Below are positions 1 to 8,738 of a stretch of 64,000 nucleotides of DNA, piece after piece (the stretch's first letter is position 1; each line of letters opens with the position of its first letter). The position numbers and the translations under genes are program-made. This DNA comes from Candidatus Cloacimonadales bacterium. GTDB taxonomy: Bacteria > Cloacimonadota > Cloacimonadia > Cloacimonadales > JAFGVF01. Below the pieces are notes generated by a model, which ran no database searches, had not been told where the DNA came from, and worked only from the letters and a program-made list of their open reading frames with translations. Where the stretch lies: assembly GCA_963677495.2 (NCBI GenBank), contig CAXXOU010000001.1:576001-640000 (forward strand). The letters run 5' to 3'.

Positions 1-1
1 A

Positions 2-1039
2 GTACATTGCGAAACTCCTGAACTACTATTCTTTAATAATGAGTACCTACAAAAGCAAATAGACTTAGGAAAATCGTATCTTATTCTTCTAAGAGAAGGT
101 GCTGATAAAGTAATCATAACTGAAGATGGGATTAACAAACACACGCAAGAGTTTGGCTTTAAATTAAAGAGAGGAGAAGTATATGAAATCTCTTTAGAGG
201 TTACTAATGCACTTTCTTTTGTAGATAACCAATATGAACATTTTGAACAGGCAATAGAACAGCTCCCTACTGAATACGACAATAAAGGTTATGTTTTAAA
301 TCTTGCTTATCTAAAAACCGGAGATGATACTGCATTGATCAACTTCAAGGTATTTCCAGATAGCATGACTTTAATGGTGAATGGTTTCTCACTTGAAAAT
401 GGGATGCATCAAATCTATGTGGATTCAGAAACTCAAAACAGTATTCAGGTCAGACCTGATTCATTCGATGAAGAGGATTATTGGGATGAATATCCGTTGA
501 ATGAGTTCAGAGAAGAAAAGGAGTATTTAAGTTTTAGTTCTGATGGTAATGTAATTACTTTGGGTTCAATATGTGACAGTTACATACGTAATTATGGGCA
601 GGACATAAAGAAAATTCCAGTCAAAATGATTATTGATGGTGAAGTCAAGATGGTTGATTTATATCGAAGACAGTGTGTAGGACTTAGAGAAGGAGAATAC
701 TCATTAAGTAAAAGCAATATAATTTCACAATCATGGGATAATAATTCGGTATATATACATAATAACCGGATACCTGACACTTCTGTAGTATTAAGTGCAG
801 GGAACCATAAATCACCTAAAAAAAGAACTGATAAGTGTGAGTTAGTTTCATTAATAATAACAGAGAATAATAGAACTCAACCAAAAGTAGTTTGTCGATC
901 AAGTTATGGGGATCTAAATGATCTAGAAAGAAAGGCGATTGAAATAGTGAAAAAATGGGAGTTCAAACCTGCAAAGAAGAGTGATAAAGAAGTCTCATAC
1001 AGAGTTTTCATACCTGTTAACTTTGGGAAGGATGAATAA
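2..1039 (+). CDS. 5'-partial protein with a C-terminal TonB-like domain (possible PEGA-type region upstream)
   Basis: Frame is open from position 2 into the 335 ORF, so the gene starts before the window. C-terminus LERKAIEIVKKWEFKPAK...VFIPVNF matches the TonB_C pattern. Confidence 0.65.
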   Translation, partial: VHCETPELLFFNNEYLQKQIDLGKSYLILLREGADKVIITEDGINKHTQEFGFKLKRGEVYEISLEVTNALSFVDNQYEHFEQAIEQLPTEYDNKGYVLNLAYLKTGDDTALINFKVFPDSMTLMVNGFSLENGMHQIYVDSETQNSIQVRPDSFDEEDYWDEYPLNEFREEKEYLSFSSDGNVITLGSICDSYIRNYGQDIKKIPVKMIIDGEVKMVDLYRRQCVGLREGEYSLSKSNIISQSWDNNSVYIHNNRIPDTSVVLSAGNHKSPKKRTDKCELVSLIITENNRTQPKVVCRSSYGDLNDLERKAIEIVKKWEFKPAKKSDKEVSYRVFIPVNFGKDE

Positions 1040-1041
1040 TT

Positions 1042-2979
1042 ATGAAGAAATGGTTAATCTTTATCTTTGTTTTCGTTCTAGTTGTGGTTGTAATTATAGC
1101 CACTCCCCATTTTATCAGAAAAAAGCTGTTCTTTGAAGAAAACATTAACTCACAGCAACAACCTAGCATTAATAAGAAAGTAGAACCGGGGATTATCCCT
1201 AAAACCACTCTGATAAGCTATAATGGTTCATTATACAAAGAAACTGAGAAATTATGGAATACCCAAACTTTTAGAAGAGTTTCATCAGAATATGACACAC
1301 TCAGAACTTTCGTGATCGATAAACCTGACCACTTAGTTGAAGTTACAGTAGAAACAAAACCCTCAGATGCATTCACATATTTCTGTGAAACTCGACATGA
1401 TATAATCTATGAAAAGTCTTTAGTTCATAGAGGTTTCTTTAGTGTTATCTCAGCTAAGAAAGAGGGTTATAATGAAGCAACTAAAGCATTTAAAGCTTCA
1501 TCAGACACTACTATTACTATTTCTTTAGAAAAGATACAACCCGGAGGTTTTATAACATTTATTTGTAAAACCGGATTTAAAGAGATTACTGCTAATAATA
1601 AGCAAACAAATGCCCATAAAACACGCTATTTGTCAGGGAAATACACTTTTAAAGCTACAAGCTTAGGTATGAATAAGTGGGAGAAAACTATCACAGTAAT
1701 GGATGGTGATGACCTCACTATACCTGTTGATTTTGAAATGACAAGCACATTAGGAATTCTCGATTTAGAGATGATTGGTTATGGAATCGCAAAAGTGATT
1801 GATACTGATGGGAACGCAATAAAATTAAAGTCTTCAAAAAGGGAAAAGCTACATATTGGAAAGTATATTTTGGAGTTCTGGGTACCAAATGAAAGGGAAT
1901 GTGTCTCTAAAGAGATAGATATAAAGAAAGATGAAATAACTACTGTGCGTCATTCATTCATAGATGAACCAATTAATTCCAGCAATAAATTCTCTCAATA
2001 TCAACAGTATGGTGAACTCTTATTATCAGTTTATCCACCTACAGCAAACGTGCAACTGATTTATGAAGATGGTACAATTATTGAGCAGAATAAATGGAAA
2101 CAATTACATAATTTACCTATAGGTAATTATAGTTTGAATCTCTCTGCTTTTGGCTATAGGAGTCAACAATCATCATTCGCAATAACTCCTTTCCACCGAG
2201 AAAAGATAAGGATGGTTTTAGCAAAATCATCTGTACTCTACTCTGTACCACCGGTTATAAGTACTACAGAAATTGGGATGAAAATGGTAGAGATAAAGGG
2301 TGGATCATATATTATGGGTAATGATACAGATAATGAAACGGATAATCCTGAACATGAAGTTACAGTAAAAAGCTTTTTGATGGGACAATATGAAGTAACT
2401 CGAAACCAGTGGGAAAAGGTGATGAACTTAAGAGTTCAATATTATCGTCAAGAATCTGCTATTGTAAATGTTCGTTGGGAACAAGCGGTCGAATTTTGCA
2501 ATAGACTTAGTAAAAAAGAGGGACTTGAACCTTGTTATTATATCAGCTCCGGCAAAGATCCAAACTATCATACTAAAACAGAAGATTCGTTTAAAGTTGT
2601 AATATTTGATCCAGATGCTAATGGCTATAGGCTACCAACTGAAGCTGAATGGGAGTATGCAGCTAAGGGAGGTGTTTATCCGAATACCGGGTTTACACCA
2701 TATATAGATCTAACAGATAGAGAAAAGTTTCCGAAAGATATTAAGCCAAACACATTAGGATTATATAATATCACCGAAGATGTCACTGAATGGTGCAATG
2801 ACTGGTATGATAAAGACTATTATAGTAAATCACCTACATCAAACCCAATGGGACCAAAGACGGGAGAATATGTAGTTTATAGAGGTTTTGATAGTAACAA
2901 TATTAGTAGAAGATATTACTTCCATAGGCATAAATCTGAATCTAATCACGGATTTAGGGTTGTGAGGAATTTGGAATAA
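1042..2979 (+). CDS. Membrane-anchored PEGA-repeat protein with a C-terminal FGE-sulfatase (SUMF1/C-type lectin fold) domain
   Basis: N-terminal TM helix; PEGA-like beta repeats; motifs MVEIKGGSYIMG, PEHEV, YEVT, YRLPTEAEWEYAAKGG, EWCNDWY, GFRVVR. Confidence 0.8.
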   Translation: MKKWLIFIFVFVLVVVVIIATPHFIRKKLFFEENINSQQQPSINKKVEPGIIPKTTLISYNGSLYKETEKLWNTQTFRRVSSEYDTLRTFVIDKPDHLVEVTVETKPSDAFTYFCETRHDIIYEKSLVHRGFFSVISAKKEGYNEATKAFKASSDTTITISLEKIQPGGFITFICKTGFKEITANNKQTNAHKTRYLSGKYTFKATSLGMNKWEKTITVMDGDDLTIPVDFEMTSTLGILDLEMIGYGIAKVIDTDGNAIKLKSSKREKLHIGKYILEFWVPNERECVSKEIDIKKDEITTVRHSFIDEPINSSNKFSQYQQYGELLLSVYPPTANVQLIYEDGTIIEQNKWKQLHNLPIGNYSLNLSAFGYRSQQSSFAITPFHREKIRMVLAKSSVLYSVPPVISTTEIGMKMVEIKGGSYIMGNDTDNETDNPEHEVTVKSFLMGQYEVTRNQWEKVMNLRVQYYRQESAIVNVRWEQAVEFCNRLSKKEGLEPCYYISSGKDPNYHTKTEDSFKVVIFDPDANGYRLPTEAEWEYAAKGGVYPNTGFTPYIDLTDREKFPKDIKPNTLGLYNITEDVTEWCNDWYDKDYYSKSPTSNPMGPKTGEYVVYRGFDSNNISRRYYFHRHKSESNHGFRVVRNLE

Positions 2980-3006
2980 CATTAATTGACAGAGAATCAC
3001 GTTTCT

Positions 3007-3051
3007 ACCCCTCATCGGTACTTTGTACCACTTCTCCCCAGAGGGGCGAAG
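3007..3051. repeat. REP-like double hairpin (CCCCTCATC-GGTAC/GTACC-CTTCTCCCC/GGGGCGAAG)
   Basis: Two adjacent inverted repeats. A related ACCCC...CCCCTCT/AGAGGGG element lies at about 35411-35448. Confidence 0.55.
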
Positions 3052-3056
3052 ATATA

Positions 3057-3086
3057 ACAAAAAGGGTTGAGCGAACTCAACCCTTC
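3057..3086 (-). terminator. Rho-independent terminator of the dsbD operon
   Basis: Perfect 10-bp stem AAGGGTTGAG-TTCG-CTCAACCCTT followed by T-rich sequence on the minus strand. Confidence 0.8.
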
Positions 3087-3107
3087 TAAATGTATTAGAT
3101 AAATGGT

Positions 3108-3845
3108 TTATTTAACCATTAACATCTTTTTCGTATCAGTGATTGAACCACTTGTAAGCTTATAGTAATAAACACCTGATGCTGCGTTATCGGCTGTCCA
3201 AACAACAGAACCTGTGTTGTTATTAACTGTAAGATTACGGAACTCTTTTACTAACTCACCTCTTATATTGAAGATTTCGATCTTAGCATTATCAGCTTGT
3301 GCTTTTGTAAGATTATAGCTTATAGTTGTTGTAGGATTGAATGGGTTAGGGTAGTTAGCAAGTAAGCCAGGTTTTAAAGCACCTTGTACATCATCATCGT
3401 TACTTACTGCTTCAGCAGTTCTGAACAAGAATGGAAGTACTAATGGTTCTGCTAAATCATCTGATGTGATAACATAATCAACATAGAAGTAGCCTGTTGT
3501 ATTGTACATAGCTTGTAGATCAAGACTTATAGTTGCACCAGCAGGGAAAGTGAATTCCCAAGCCGGAGATGCATAATGATGACATCCGTCCGGAACTGTT
3601 GGAGCAAGTCCTTCATTACACCACATAGCCTGCCAGCCATCTGGCAAGTCAACAGGGACTAAGTCGATTTGATAAACACCTTCCGGTCCGTTGTTTGTAA
3701 TATGGAAGAATGGAGAAACATGTGTAGTCATCTCACGAGGTTCTTCACCCACAACCTCAGTATCAAAAGGAATATCAACAACAAGCTCAGCTGCTAACAT
3801 AGCAACTACAGCGATAAACAATATTAATAATAACGATCTTTTCAT
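3108..3845 (-). CDS. Small secreted protein with a T9SS/FlgD-like CTD
   Basis: Signal peptide; CTD NYPNPFNPTTTISY...ASGVYYYKL...KKMLMVK; two Cys in the N-terminal domain. Confidence 0.8.
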   Translation of the reverse strand: MKRSLLLILFIAVVAMLAAELVVDIPFDTEVVGEEPREMTTHVSPFFHITNNGPEGVYQIDLVPVDLPDGWQAMWCNEGLAPTVPDGCHHYASPAWEFTFPAGATISLDLQAMYNTTGYFYVDYVITSDDLAEPLVLPFLFRTAEAVSNDDDVQGALKPGLLANYPNPFNPTTTISYNLTKAQADNAKIEIFNIRGELVKEFRNLTVNNNTGSVVWTADNAASGVYYYKLTSGSITDTKKMLMVK

Positions 3846-3856
3846 TTTAATCTCCT

Positions 3857-5284
3857 TTAGAATCTGGTGATTAACTCAAGTCTAACACCATCGAAAGGCT
3901 TGTTAGTCTTACAAACACCATTCCTACATACTTTTCCGCCCTTCTCACTACCGGCGAAAAGTACTACATCTGTATTTTCATATATAGTAGTTCTAAATTC
4001 TGCATTTACAAAATATCTGCTATCAGTAGCATCACCAAACTCTTCGATATTAGTTTCTGCAATAATTGAGAGAGAATGGTCACCATAGCTTACATCAGTT
4101 TGTAAAAGAGGTTCCCAGTGATTTGCTTCAACACCATTGTTCTCTTTCTCGATTCTCTGCATCTCTGTTTTGATATGGAAACCAAGTGTTTCTGTTGGAA
4201 TGTCGAATACTAATGCAGGAGTTATCTCTCTTTGCCAGGAGATCGCTGCATCATTAACTTTTTCCCAGTAACCGCATTCAGCAGTGACTTCATTCTTTCT
4301 TACTTTCATTCCAAAAGCACCGAAGAAATCGTTCATCTGTCTGTCTTTGTCTGAATCCCAAGCTTCTGCGTAGCTTAGAAGAAGATGATATTTCTCATCT
4401 TCCTGATCCCAACTCAACTCGCCCATGAAACCTTCTTCATCAGCACCACTTGCTAAATCATCAGAAAGTGTTTCTTCATGATAGTTGGCTGTAGGCACAT
4501 CATTGAGGTCATAGTTCATGTTCCAGAACTTCTTATAAGCACCATTAATGCTGAATTCACCGAAATATGCGTTAAGGTTGGCATAATAGCCTTCACCGTT
4601 AAAATCATACTCATCGATCATGGTTCTTGCATATTCACCATAGAAATCAAAATAGTCCCATTCCTGAGTCATTCTGAAACCATAAGCTTGCATCAAATAA
4701 TATGCAGAGCTTGATTTAAGTCTCTCATTCTGAAAGTAAGATGCACCAATCTTTGTATGAGGAATGTAACTGCTTTCTATATCGAAAAGACCTGCGAGTT
4801 CATTTGCATCATAGTCTTCGCTTGGCATTGCACCATAGAGACCTTTAACTTCAAAGTACTCAGTCGCAGCTTTAATAAGTGCAGCTTCGAGTCTGGTATC
4901 TACATCCACATCTTCATCACGATATGAACGGAAAAGCAGGCCTGAACCTACAAAGTCCTCTGTAGTACCGATATGTAAAAGTAGATCATCTCTTTCAAAA
5001 GTAAGATATCTCTCATCCCATTCAACTTTTACATCTTCTGAATCAAGGTCTTCGATTGGATTATCGCTCTCATACTTAGGAAGAGATGCTAAAAACTTCA
5101 TACCGAACACAAGATCTTTGTAGTTGGCAAGTAAACTAAGTTCATTATAAAAATATGTGTTCAAAGAATCATCTACTGCTTTATAGATAACTTCCATCTC
5201 ATTGGTTCCACTTAACTCAAAATCATCACCAATCAGCAATGATAATGATGTGAGAAGCAGAAGAGCTATAACAATTTTCTTCAT
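3857..5284 (-). CDS. Outer-membrane beta-barrel protein, DUF6029-like
   Basis: Signal peptide, amphipathic strands, terminal Phe, and C-terminal GGKVCRNGVC motif typical of DUF6029; neighbours are TlpA and Omp28-like genes. Confidence 0.7.
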   Translation of the reverse strand: MKKIVIALLLLTSLSLLIGDDFELSGTNEMEVIYKAVDDSLNTYFYNELSLLANYKDLVFGMKFLASLPKYESDNPIEDLDSEDVKVEWDERYLTFERDDLLLHIGTTEDFVGSGLLFRSYRDEDVDVDTRLEAALIKAATEYFEVKGLYGAMPSEDYDANELAGLFDIESSYIPHTKIGASYFQNERLKSSSAYYLMQAYGFRMTQEWDYFDFYGEYARTMIDEYDFNGEGYYANLNAYFGEFSINGAYKKFWNMNYDLNDVPTANYHEETLSDDLASGADEEGFMGELSWDQEDEKYHLLLSYAEAWDSDKDRQMNDFFGAFGMKVRKNEVTAECGYWEKVNDAAISWQREITPALVFDIPTETLGFHIKTEMQRIEKENNGVEANHWEPLLQTDVSYGDHSLSIIAETNIEEFGDATDSRYFVNAEFRTTIYENTDVVLFAGSEKGGKVCRNGVCKTNKPFDGVRLELITRF

Positions 5285-5293
5285 TAAGGGCTC

Positions 5294-5815
5294 CTATTCG
5301 GCTGCTTCTTCTACATGTTCTTCGACTGTAGCTTCTATGCCTAACAGTTTCTGGATTTCAGCTTCGAGAATCTTTTCTCCACCAGGTTTACCTGACATGA
5401 AGTCAAATACTACAGTTCCATCTTTATCCACGATGAATGTATGAGGAATATTCTTCACACCCATCTTCTTTGAAATCTTCTGGTCACTGTCAAAAAGTGT
5501 AACGAAACCAAACTTTTTCTTCTTAACATAAGCTTTAGCTTTAACTTTCTTGCGTGGAGAGTCAATAGAGATAGCAACAACTTTGATGCCTTCATACTTT
5601 TTATCAATCTCATCAAGATGTGGCATTGCTTTCTTACAAGGATCACACCAGCTAGCCCAAAAATCCACAACAATTGGACCATCTTTAAGTAATGATTTAA
5701 GTGATACTTTCTTGCCTTTAACGTCTTCCAGTTTAAAGTCAGCAAACTTCTTCTCAGCGAAGAGTGAACCTGCAAGTAGCAGGACTAAAACTATGATTAC
5801 TATTTTAAATTTCAT
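5294..5815 (-). CDS. TlpA/ResA-family periplasmic thiol-disulfide reductase
   Basis: Signal peptide; DFWASWCDPCKK motif; cis-Pro loop IPHTFIVDKDG. Confidence 0.9.
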   Translation of the reverse strand: MKFKIVIIVLVLLLAGSLFAEKKFADFKLEDVKGKKVSLKSLLKDGPIVVDFWASWCDPCKKAMPHLDEIDKKYEGIKVVAISIDSPRKKVKAKAYVKKKKFGFVTLFDSDQKISKKMGVKNIPHTFIVDKDGTVVFDFMSGKPGGEKILEAEIQKLLGIEATVEEHVEEAAE

Positions 5816-5827
5816 TTTGTGCTCCTC

Positions 5828-6901
5828 TTAGTTTAATTCAGCTTCCATAACATTATGGATTTTACAGGTTGTCTCATCGAAAGTCTCAGGCATTGTCTGA
5901 ATAAGTATGATGAGCTTTGCATCATCAGGCATTGCACTTCCTACTGTATGTTCAAACTCATAAGTCCCATTGAAGTCAGCATCAGTTAGGGCAATTCTAT
6001 TCTGTTCAAGCATTACATTCTTACAAGGATCACCGGCATAATTATTTGTAGCTGATGTCTCTTCAATGAACATATATCTAAGATATAGGTTATCAAAAGC
6101 AACTGAACCGGGGTTATCAAGTTCTAACTGAACAGTATACTTTCCCGCTTCAAGTGTATAATTGAAGTTCTCGAACGTGATAGTAGCATCTGTATTAACT
6201 GTTGTATTGATAATTCCATCATATTGAGATAATGTTATCTCCTCTGAACCAACAAAAATGTTACTTCCTTGTAAAACTCCTGTTGGAGCGCTATAGATGT
6301 TATACCAGCTTTGTAACTCGCTGAAATCACCGCTTAAACCGTCATTATAATGATATTCGACATATGAGAGGCTACTACCATAAGTTGCCTTTAATGCTTC
6401 GATTTCATGTTCAAGTTCAGGACAGTTGGGACACCATGTAGCAGTAAGTATCTCTACAAAGGCAACTGTCTTATCTTCTGAAGGTGGTTCCATCTGGTTA
6501 CCATAGAAAAGGTAGCCATCACCGTTCTCAATGAGAACATCAGTTTCAGGAATTTCTTTAACTGAAGCAAATGACCATTCAACAGTAAGGTTATCCTCAC
6601 TGATTACATCTATTGATACTGTAAATGGAGCAGTAACTGTTTGCATTAAAGCAGTAAACTCATTCTCAATGTCTGTCTTTGTTAAACCCTGATTGAGATA
6701 GCTGTCACTGTAGAATGCCATAATACTACTAACATCACCGGATGTCATTGAATCAAGGGCATCTTTAATATCGTTTTGGAAATAGGTTTCTATCTCCTCT
6801 GCTATACCAGGTCCTGTCTCAGGCTCCGGTTTAGTAAATCTTTCACATGCACTTACAAGTAATACAAGCACTATGATAAATATAAATGTTAATTTCTTCA
6901 T
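5828..6901 (-). CDS. Lipoprotein with a thioredoxin-fold (Omp28-related) domain
   Basis: Lipobox LVSAC; VEILTATWCPNC and EYH motifs as in Omp28-like proteins; NTF2-like N-terminal segment. Confidence 0.7.
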   Translation of the reverse strand: MKKLTFIFIIVLVLLVSACERFTKPEPETGPGIAEEIETYFQNDIKDALDSMTSGDVSSIMAFYSDSYLNQGLTKTDIENEFTALMQTVTAPFTVSIDVISEDNLTVEWSFASVKEIPETDVLIENGDGYLFYGNQMEPPSEDKTVAFVEILTATWCPNCPELEHEIEALKATYGSSLSYVEYHYNDGLSGDFSELQSWYNIYSAPTGVLQGSNIFVGSEEITLSQYDGIINTTVNTDATITFENFNYTLEAGKYTVQLELDNPGSVAFDNLYLRYMFIEETSATNNYAGDPCKNVMLEQNRIALTDADFNGTYEFEHTVGSAMPDDAKLIILIQTMPETFDETTCKIHNVMEAELN

Positions 6902-6910
6902 ATTGGATCC

Positions 6911-8506
6911 TTATGGCTCAAGAATAATGTAAGTCGGAAGTCCTTTAACATCGAACATCTCCATCACTTCTTTTGCCGGAGTTTCATTTGGTTTTTCAGC
7001 ATAATACTTAATAAACTCATACTTCTCAAGCGCTTTTATAACACCTTCATCTTTGAAAGTAGTTCTATCCATCTCTTTACAAGAGCTACACCATGAAGCA
7101 GTGAAGTCTAAGAAAATAGGTTTCTGCTCATCCATAGCAGCTTCAATCTGAGAAGCAGTTCCGGTTACAGTTTTAGGTTTTAAGATATGATATGCATTTG
7201 TGCTGTATTTGAAAGCCATAAACAGAATGAACACACCGAAGATAATCTTAACCCATTTCATCCAGTTACCAGGTTTTGGAAGGACAGACATACCGCCACC
7301 TAAGAATGGCCATGGAAGAGCCATACCAAGTCCAAGTAAGAATGGTAATGCTAATCCAAGAATATTACCATCAGCATAAAGCTGTCCGGCATATATGATA
7401 ACTGCAATCAAGATTGGAGCTACACAAGCACCTGCAAGTAGAGCTGCAAAGATACCCATAACAAAAACACCGGCAATCTTACCTCGTTGCTGAGCACGTT
7501 TATTAGGGTTTTGATACTTTGAGAAATCTATAGCAAAAACATCGAACATTGCCAGAGCAAGAAAGATGAAGATGACTGCAATTACAGCATTGAAAATCCA
7601 TGATGAGTTTAACTGACCGAATGCGGATCCGGTTAAAGCTGCAATTAAACCTAAAGCTCCGTAAGCGATGGCCATACCGAGACCATAACTTGCACCAAGC
7701 ATGATACCTTTACCTTTTGATTGACCTTGTGAACCGGCACCAATAATAGCAACAGTAATAGGAATCATAGGCAAAACACATGGAGTAAGGTTCATAAGAA
7801 GTCCACCGACAATGATAGAAATAAGCAATAACCAAATGCTCTTTCCGGCTAAACCTTCATCTTCTGTAGCACCGTCAGTGTTTGCATCACCAATAGCACC
7901 AGGATTTTCTAAGAATGCAATAAACTTGTCAGCTTTAATGTAACCTGTCTTAGCACCTTTGATTTTATATTTCTTGTTAAGTCTTGTAAAAGCATCAACC
8001 ACTTTCTGATTATCTTCTGCACTACCTTCTGTTACAGTAGCTTCCGTAGAAGTAACTTCATTAGCTACACTCTTACCGGTTACAAATGATAAAGTAGCCT
8101 CCTCATCAACAGGCATCTCACAAGCAGCACCAGCTTCACAGAGTTGATAACCATAAGCAATCTTAATCTCACCATCTTTCTTTGAAGCATCAAATGTGCA
8201 TTTCTGAGACAACACAACTTCATGCTTATATTTTATAGTTTCTTCATTTTTTAGTCCATCCGGGTTTGGATAAACAGTCGGTTCAAACTCTAAGCCATCC
8301 CCACTAGCTTCAAGATAGAACATAGGCATGTCATCACCGACAACATAAGATTGGTAATAATGGTCAGGGATATTAAATTTCATTAAAAGAGTTCCGGTCC
8401 CATTACCTTTCTGGAACTCGAATTCAACTTCAGGTTTTGCTTGGGCAGATAAACTACCTATTAGCAACAACATCAGAGATACGACAATCAGTAAGCTCTT
8501 GCGCAT
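6911..8506 (-). CDS. dsbD: DsbD-type thiol:disulfide interchange protein
   Basis: N-terminal periplasmic domain with QLCEAGAAC; TM domain with LTPCVLPMIP and GACVAP; C-terminal thioredoxin DFTASWCSSC. Confidence 0.85.
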   Translation of the reverse strand: MRKSLLIVVSLMLLLIGSLSAQAKPEVEFEFQKGNGTGTLLMKFNIPDHYYQSYVVGDDMPMFYLEASGDGLEFEPTVYPNPDGLKNEETIKYKHEVVLSQKCTFDASKKDGEIKIAYGYQLCEAGAACEMPVDEEATLSFVTGKSVANEVTSTEATVTEGSAEDNQKVVDAFTRLNKKYKIKGAKTGYIKADKFIAFLENPGAIGDANTDGATEDEGLAGKSIWLLLISIIVGGLLMNLTPCVLPMIPITVAIIGAGSQGQSKGKGIMLGASYGLGMAIAYGALGLIAALTGSAFGQLNSSWIFNAVIAVIFIFLALAMFDVFAIDFSKYQNPNKRAQQRGKIAGVFVMGIFAALLAGACVAPILIAVIIYAGQLYADGNILGLALPFLLGLGMALPWPFLGGGMSVLPKPGNWMKWVKIIFGVFILFMAFKYSTNAYHILKPKTVTGTASQIEAAMDEQKPIFLDFTASWCSSCKEMDRTTFKDEGVIKALEKYEFIKYYAEKPNETPAKEVMEMFDVKGLPTYIILEP

Positions 8507-8686
8507 CAAATCCTCCGTAGACTTATTTTACTAATACACTAATCAATTTTCTTAAACAGACATGCAAGTTTTCCACCAAAGTCTGCTTTAAATCATATTA
8601 TATAACTACATATTTCTATCAAGTTTTTTATTCACTACTGAAGGTTTTTGAGTATTTATTGATTCACAAACTTAAAACGAAAGAAC

Positions 8687-8719
8687 AAAAAATAGGCTAT
8701 CCCATAATGGAATAGCCTA
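8687..8719 (-). terminator. Terminator downstream of the gingipain gene
   Basis: TAGGCTAT...ATAGCCTA stem followed by a T-run on the minus strand. Confidence 0.7.
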
Positions 8720-8738
8720 AATTATATTGTTTAACGAA

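Noticed and set aside
2860..3051. Complete diversity-generating retroelement at the FGE gene
   Set aside because: No reverse transcriptase, Avd or template repeat is visible in the window.
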